A stretch of DNA of 64,000 nt from Antedon mediterranea (taxonomy: Eukaryota; Animalia; Echinodermata), in contig NC_092679.1 of assembly GCF_964355755.1 (NCBI RefSeq), forward strand, positions 16,599,432 through 16,663,431. Direction: 5' to 3'. The first letter of the stretch is position 1. Each line of letters begins with the position of its first letter. This document shows positions 60,412 to 64,000 of the stretch, one piece after another. The notes under the pieces were generated by a model. The model made no database searches and was not told where the DNA came from. It worked only from the letters and a program-made list of their open reading frames with translations. The position numbers were made by a program, and so were the translations under genes.

Positions 60412-63109
60412 TTAGAGTATTTGAAATAGTTCCTTATCAAAGTATTTCCAAATGAAATTCGTAACAAATGACGTTGCAGTAGCACCAGAGGTTAAATGTT
60501 GAACAGCTTCATGCTCGAGATGGGTCACATAAAGGTCAGAGGTGGTATGATATATCAATCCATTTTTAAAAGGTTGACCATTCCTAATGGAAATAGAAAA
60601 GTGTCACCAATAAAAAAAATAATGAAAAATCATAAAATAATTTGTGCAAGATAAAATACATACATGATTAAAATGTCATATTTATGTTTGTTGAACTATT
60701 AACAATTGTTCATGTGGGTATATGCGGCTAACCACAGTTTTACTCTATAGGCCAACCTACAAATTTGGGTCATTCGTTTATGCCTGAAATAGCATGGTGA
60801 ATATAGATATTTTGAGATCCATAACTCTTTATTAAAAAATGACACCGCTTACATGTTGTATACCTCCATGGATACTAACATTACAAAAAGAAATGGTTGG
60901 TACAGTACGGAGGAGTGTGCCCAATAAAGGACATGGTTGACAGATTATTCTATCATTATATACGGATTTTTTAGGAAACTTTACTCTATTCAAATCATAG
61001 CTCTCCATGGAAACACCGGCTATTGTCGGTTTATCCAGGTAAGCTATAGGCACGAAATAGACTACCTGTTGTGTGAAATTGTTAAATTGACACAAATTTC
61101 TTGGTAGCTAGTTGAAAAAGACAATGTTTGAATGCCAATTGGTTCTTCTTCTAATCTGCAATTGTAGAACAGCCTATTACCTGTTTCTGTGAAACAATTT
61201 TAAGATTTTATTAAAATTGATAATTATATATAATATGAAGGGCACTGATAAAGGGCTTATGTTTACCCGAATGCTTTATCTGACTGTTAATTGTTTTGAT
61301 TTAGCCTTTTGCTTATCCAGCCACTGATATCCACACTATTGCTATTTTTTTCAGTAATTTGCCTTTGGATTTACATATACATAATATATTATATACTGTA
61401 CCTGTATATATATATATTTATATATATTTTTGGATATGATGCGTAAAGATTTTTTCAGCAAATGTTTATTTATTGACAAAACAACTATGTATTTTATATT
61501 TTTTGTATTTTGTATTAATATTTGTCCTCAGTGAGGAAAATCGGATTAGGCCCTCCACGGACCCACGGCAGCCAGCAGTGCAGCGCCTACCAGATTAGGC
61601 AATGAGAGTAAAGCATCTTGCCTAAGGATGCAATTAGTATGGTACAGATAACCTCGAACCCATGCCTATCTCATGCTAGTCCGATATTACCATTACACCA
61701 TCACTCACCAGTATATACAGCACCCGCCACGATTTCTATACGGTCTCCCATCCAGAACGCAACCGGGCCCAACGTTGCTTAACTTCGGTGATCTGACGAG
61801 AACCGGTGTTTCAACGCAGTATGGCCCCGTATATGTCTAGAAACTACCCTACTACTATGCCAAGTGCTCAAAGTTGTGTCAGTTGGTCTTATGCAACACT
61901 AACAGTTTGTCAAGGCCTTATTTGACAGTACCTGTACACTCGTCTGTATTCTGTATTTCTATCCTCCATTTTTCAAGTGCATTGTATTCATTATCACCAG
62001 TGTTCACCACCAATTGTAAACCTGAAAATATATATATTTTTTTAAAACAATTTCCGTGTACAAAACTGACATTTAAAAACATTACAAGAGTTTTTAAATT
62101 AGCTACTTAAAAAATGATGTTACAGGATTGTGGTGGTTTAGTTGCTGGAAACTTACTTGTTCTTTTTAGAATCTGTTCTTTCTCAATTTTCGATGTTCTA
62201 ACAAATTCTTGCTCATTGCGTTCCAATTTCTTTAGACAGGTCTTGTCAAATCTAAAAAATTATTTTGCCAATTGAATATGGTTGAAGGAATTTACAATGT
62301 GACCACAAAAATAATTGTTTGCACAATGTAAATGTCAGTTCTTTATAAACGCTATATTGCATCATGCAATGTGCAAGCTTCACTAACTTTTTAGAAAATC
62401 GACCGGCTCATAAGTATTATGAAAAACCTTATTCACATGCGCCAAGAAGCTTCTGAGAAATAGTGTGATGAAAGAAAAACAAAATATAGTTACTGCAGTA
62501 TATGCAGTAAAATAATTGTGTACATGGTCGATCCTCGATTTTTACAAATTTGTTGTTAATAATGTTATATTATTGCTTTAAGACATAATACTTTATGTTA
62601 TTTTCTTACACTTACTGTGAGTCTTTACTAAGCTTGTTTCTGGCAGTGGAAGTGACACACTTTTTATTGCTGGTGATGTCATCTTCCGTCAATTTTTCTT
62701 TGGATGTTTGGCAGAATCGTTCCATGTCCTGAAGCTAGAACAATTTTATTTGTAAAAACAATGGAAAATGGGAGAATATTGATACTAGGCCTAGTATAAA
62801 CACATTTTCAAAATTCCTTCGGAAACTAATTTGCATATTTAAATTAAACACGTGCCCATTATACTGTAGGCCCAGCTAGTGGTGCCTATTGACAGTACTT
62901 TCCTGCCTCATGTGGCTTGCTCCCTGCCTGCCTCTCTCTGGTTCGGGTGTAGAGGTAGGCCTAATCTAGTATAGTATAGGCCTAGTTAGTATAATTAATA
63001 TGTCTAGGCTGCCGTTTTTTAAATGACTAATTCTCAATTTTTTACCAACCTTTTTTAAGTTACTTCCAAGAGTATGAAGTGTATTTTGTAATGTTTGTAA
63101 TTCTGCCAT
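60412..63109 (-). CDS. Six-exon gene, about 218 aa, N-terminal coiled coil plus C-terminal globular domain; tentatively SPC25/SPC24-like kinetochore RWD protein
   Basis: Minus-strand exons 63109-63050, 62734-62616, 62251-62157, 62021-61932, 61186-61066, 60583-60412, all GT-AG with matching phases (657 nt, no internal stop): MAELQTLQNTLHTLGSNLKKLQDMERF..RLFYNCRLEEEPIGIQTLSF..NGQPFKNGLIYHTTSDLYV..SFVTNFIWKYFDKELFQIL*. Gene structure is well supported; function is a weak pattern match. Confidence 0.7.
61490..61833 (-). mobile_element. Composite 5S rRNA plus tRNA-headed SINE (SINE3-like)
   Basis: Minus strand: near full-length 5S-like segment 61833-61714 (GGCCATAC..CGTTGAAACACCGGTTCTCGTCAGATCACCGAAGTTAAGCAACG..GGGCCCGGTT..TGGATGGGAGACCG..GGGTGCTGTA), then TGGTGTAATGG / GGTTCGAGG tRNA boxes, TCCTTAGGCAAGATGCTTTAC body and an A-rich tail. 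Confidence 0.85.
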
Positions 63110-63296
63110 ATTTACGGATTGGGCTTTTTTTTATACAATAAAAATACACGAAATTTCTCTCCTTTTTTCAATTCCCCCACACAAAACACATTTTGTTTTG
63201 TTTATATTACCGCCCTCTACCGATTGTCGATTGTCTCGAAAAAAACTACTACCACCAGCATCGCGACGCGACAAACGATGAGAGACCAAAACTAAG
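63110..63296. promoter_or_regulatory. Compact bidirectional promoter
   Basis: Only 187 bp between the divergent ATGs at 63109(-) and 63297(+); CpG-enriched. Confidence 0.65.
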
Positions 63297-63946
63297 ATGC
63301 CTAGCAAAAAGAAGAAATTTAATGCCCGATTTCCCCCAGTAAGTGTAGTTTTCAGAAGTTTATAAACTGTGCCTTATATTTATGTTGACGGTTAGTTAGT
63401 TCTCTAGACCTAACATATAATATAATAACTAAAGTGGACACCCTAAGCTAGGCCCAGCCCGAGGCCTCATCATAAATAATAAGGTGGGCCTGTCTCCCCA
63501 GCCTTGATGGATGGGTTGAGTGGCTTCCACCTGAAGTAGCCTAGACCAGGGAGTTGTTATTAGACAACTCCCTGCATAGACTAAGCCTAGCTTATGATGA
63601 ATTGATCAACATCTTATTACCAATGACAATGTTGCATTCGTATTATACAATTGATAATTAACATACAATAATGTTGCCATAAAACATTTACAATTAAAGT
63701 TATGTTATATATAGGCCTATATGAATATGATGACAGCCTAAAAAAGGAGCCCTAGATAGATACATTACTAGGCCTATAGGCTATATATAGTTAAAAGTTA
63801 AAATAGGCCTAGTAGTAGTACAGCCGAATAGTCCAAATAGGTGGGATGTATGTATTTTTTATTCTTTTTTTAGGCAAGGATAAAGAAAATAATGCAGACA
63901 GATGAAGATATAGGGAAGGTATCACAAGCAGTTCCAGTTTTAATAT
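63297..63946 (+). CDS. DRAP1: Dr1-associated corepressor / NC2 alpha, exons 1-2 (continues beyond window)
   Basis: Exon 63297-63338 MPSKKKKFNARFPP and exon 63874-63946 ARIKKIMQTDEDIGKVSQAVPVLI, near-identical to the known DRAP1 N-terminal histone fold. Confidence 0.95.
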
Positions 63947-63955
63947 GTATCCTTT
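63947..63955 (+). other. U12-type (minor spliceosome) 5' splice site
   Basis: GTATCCTTT exactly where DRAP1 homology breaks off. Confidence 0.88.
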
Positions 63956-64000
63956 TCTATTAAAAATAAAATCAAATCTCTAAAATCATCCTAAAGTTGA

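Noticed and set aside
60832-61095. 87 aa minus-strand ORF as a separate gene
   Set aside because: Lies mostly in intron 5 of the minus-strand gene, out of frame with exon 5, non-ATG start and no recognisable motif.
61714-61833. Functional 5S rRNA gene
   Set aside because: Substitutions and indels near both ends, no oligo-T terminator, and direct fusion to SINE sequence.
62157-63109. SYCE3-like similarity of the minus-strand gene N-terminus
   Set aside because: Only generic coiled-coil matches; the conserved WMAYDMVVMRTNP core is absent and the spliced protein is much longer.

Overview
AT-rich, intron-containing genomic DNA from an invertebrate animal (probably a deuterostome; taxon not determinable from sequence alone). 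Five genes were reconstructed by hand from GT-AG junctions and reading-frame continuity: BTBD7 (+, 7 coding exons, about 821 aa); a single HIF-alpha (+, 15 coding exons, about 981 aa, with bHLH, PAS-A/B, NODD, a divergent CODD and a C-TAD); an RGS22-like gene (+, 22 exons, about 1283 aa); a 6-exon minus-strand gene missed by the ORF track (about 218 aa, tentatively SPC25/SPC24-like); and the first two exons of DRAP1, head-to-head with it and followed by a U12-type donor. Introns are dense in MITEs (Kolobok-, piggyBac-, Harbinger-, pogo/Tigger- and hAT-like), tRNA- and 5S-derived SINEs, a DIRS gag fragment and minisatellites. The standout observation is a hairpin at 15881-15914, upstream of the HIF-alpha start codon, that closely matches the iron-responsive element of vertebrate EPAS1/HIF-2alpha. 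All family assignments are from recall of known sequences, not from database searches.
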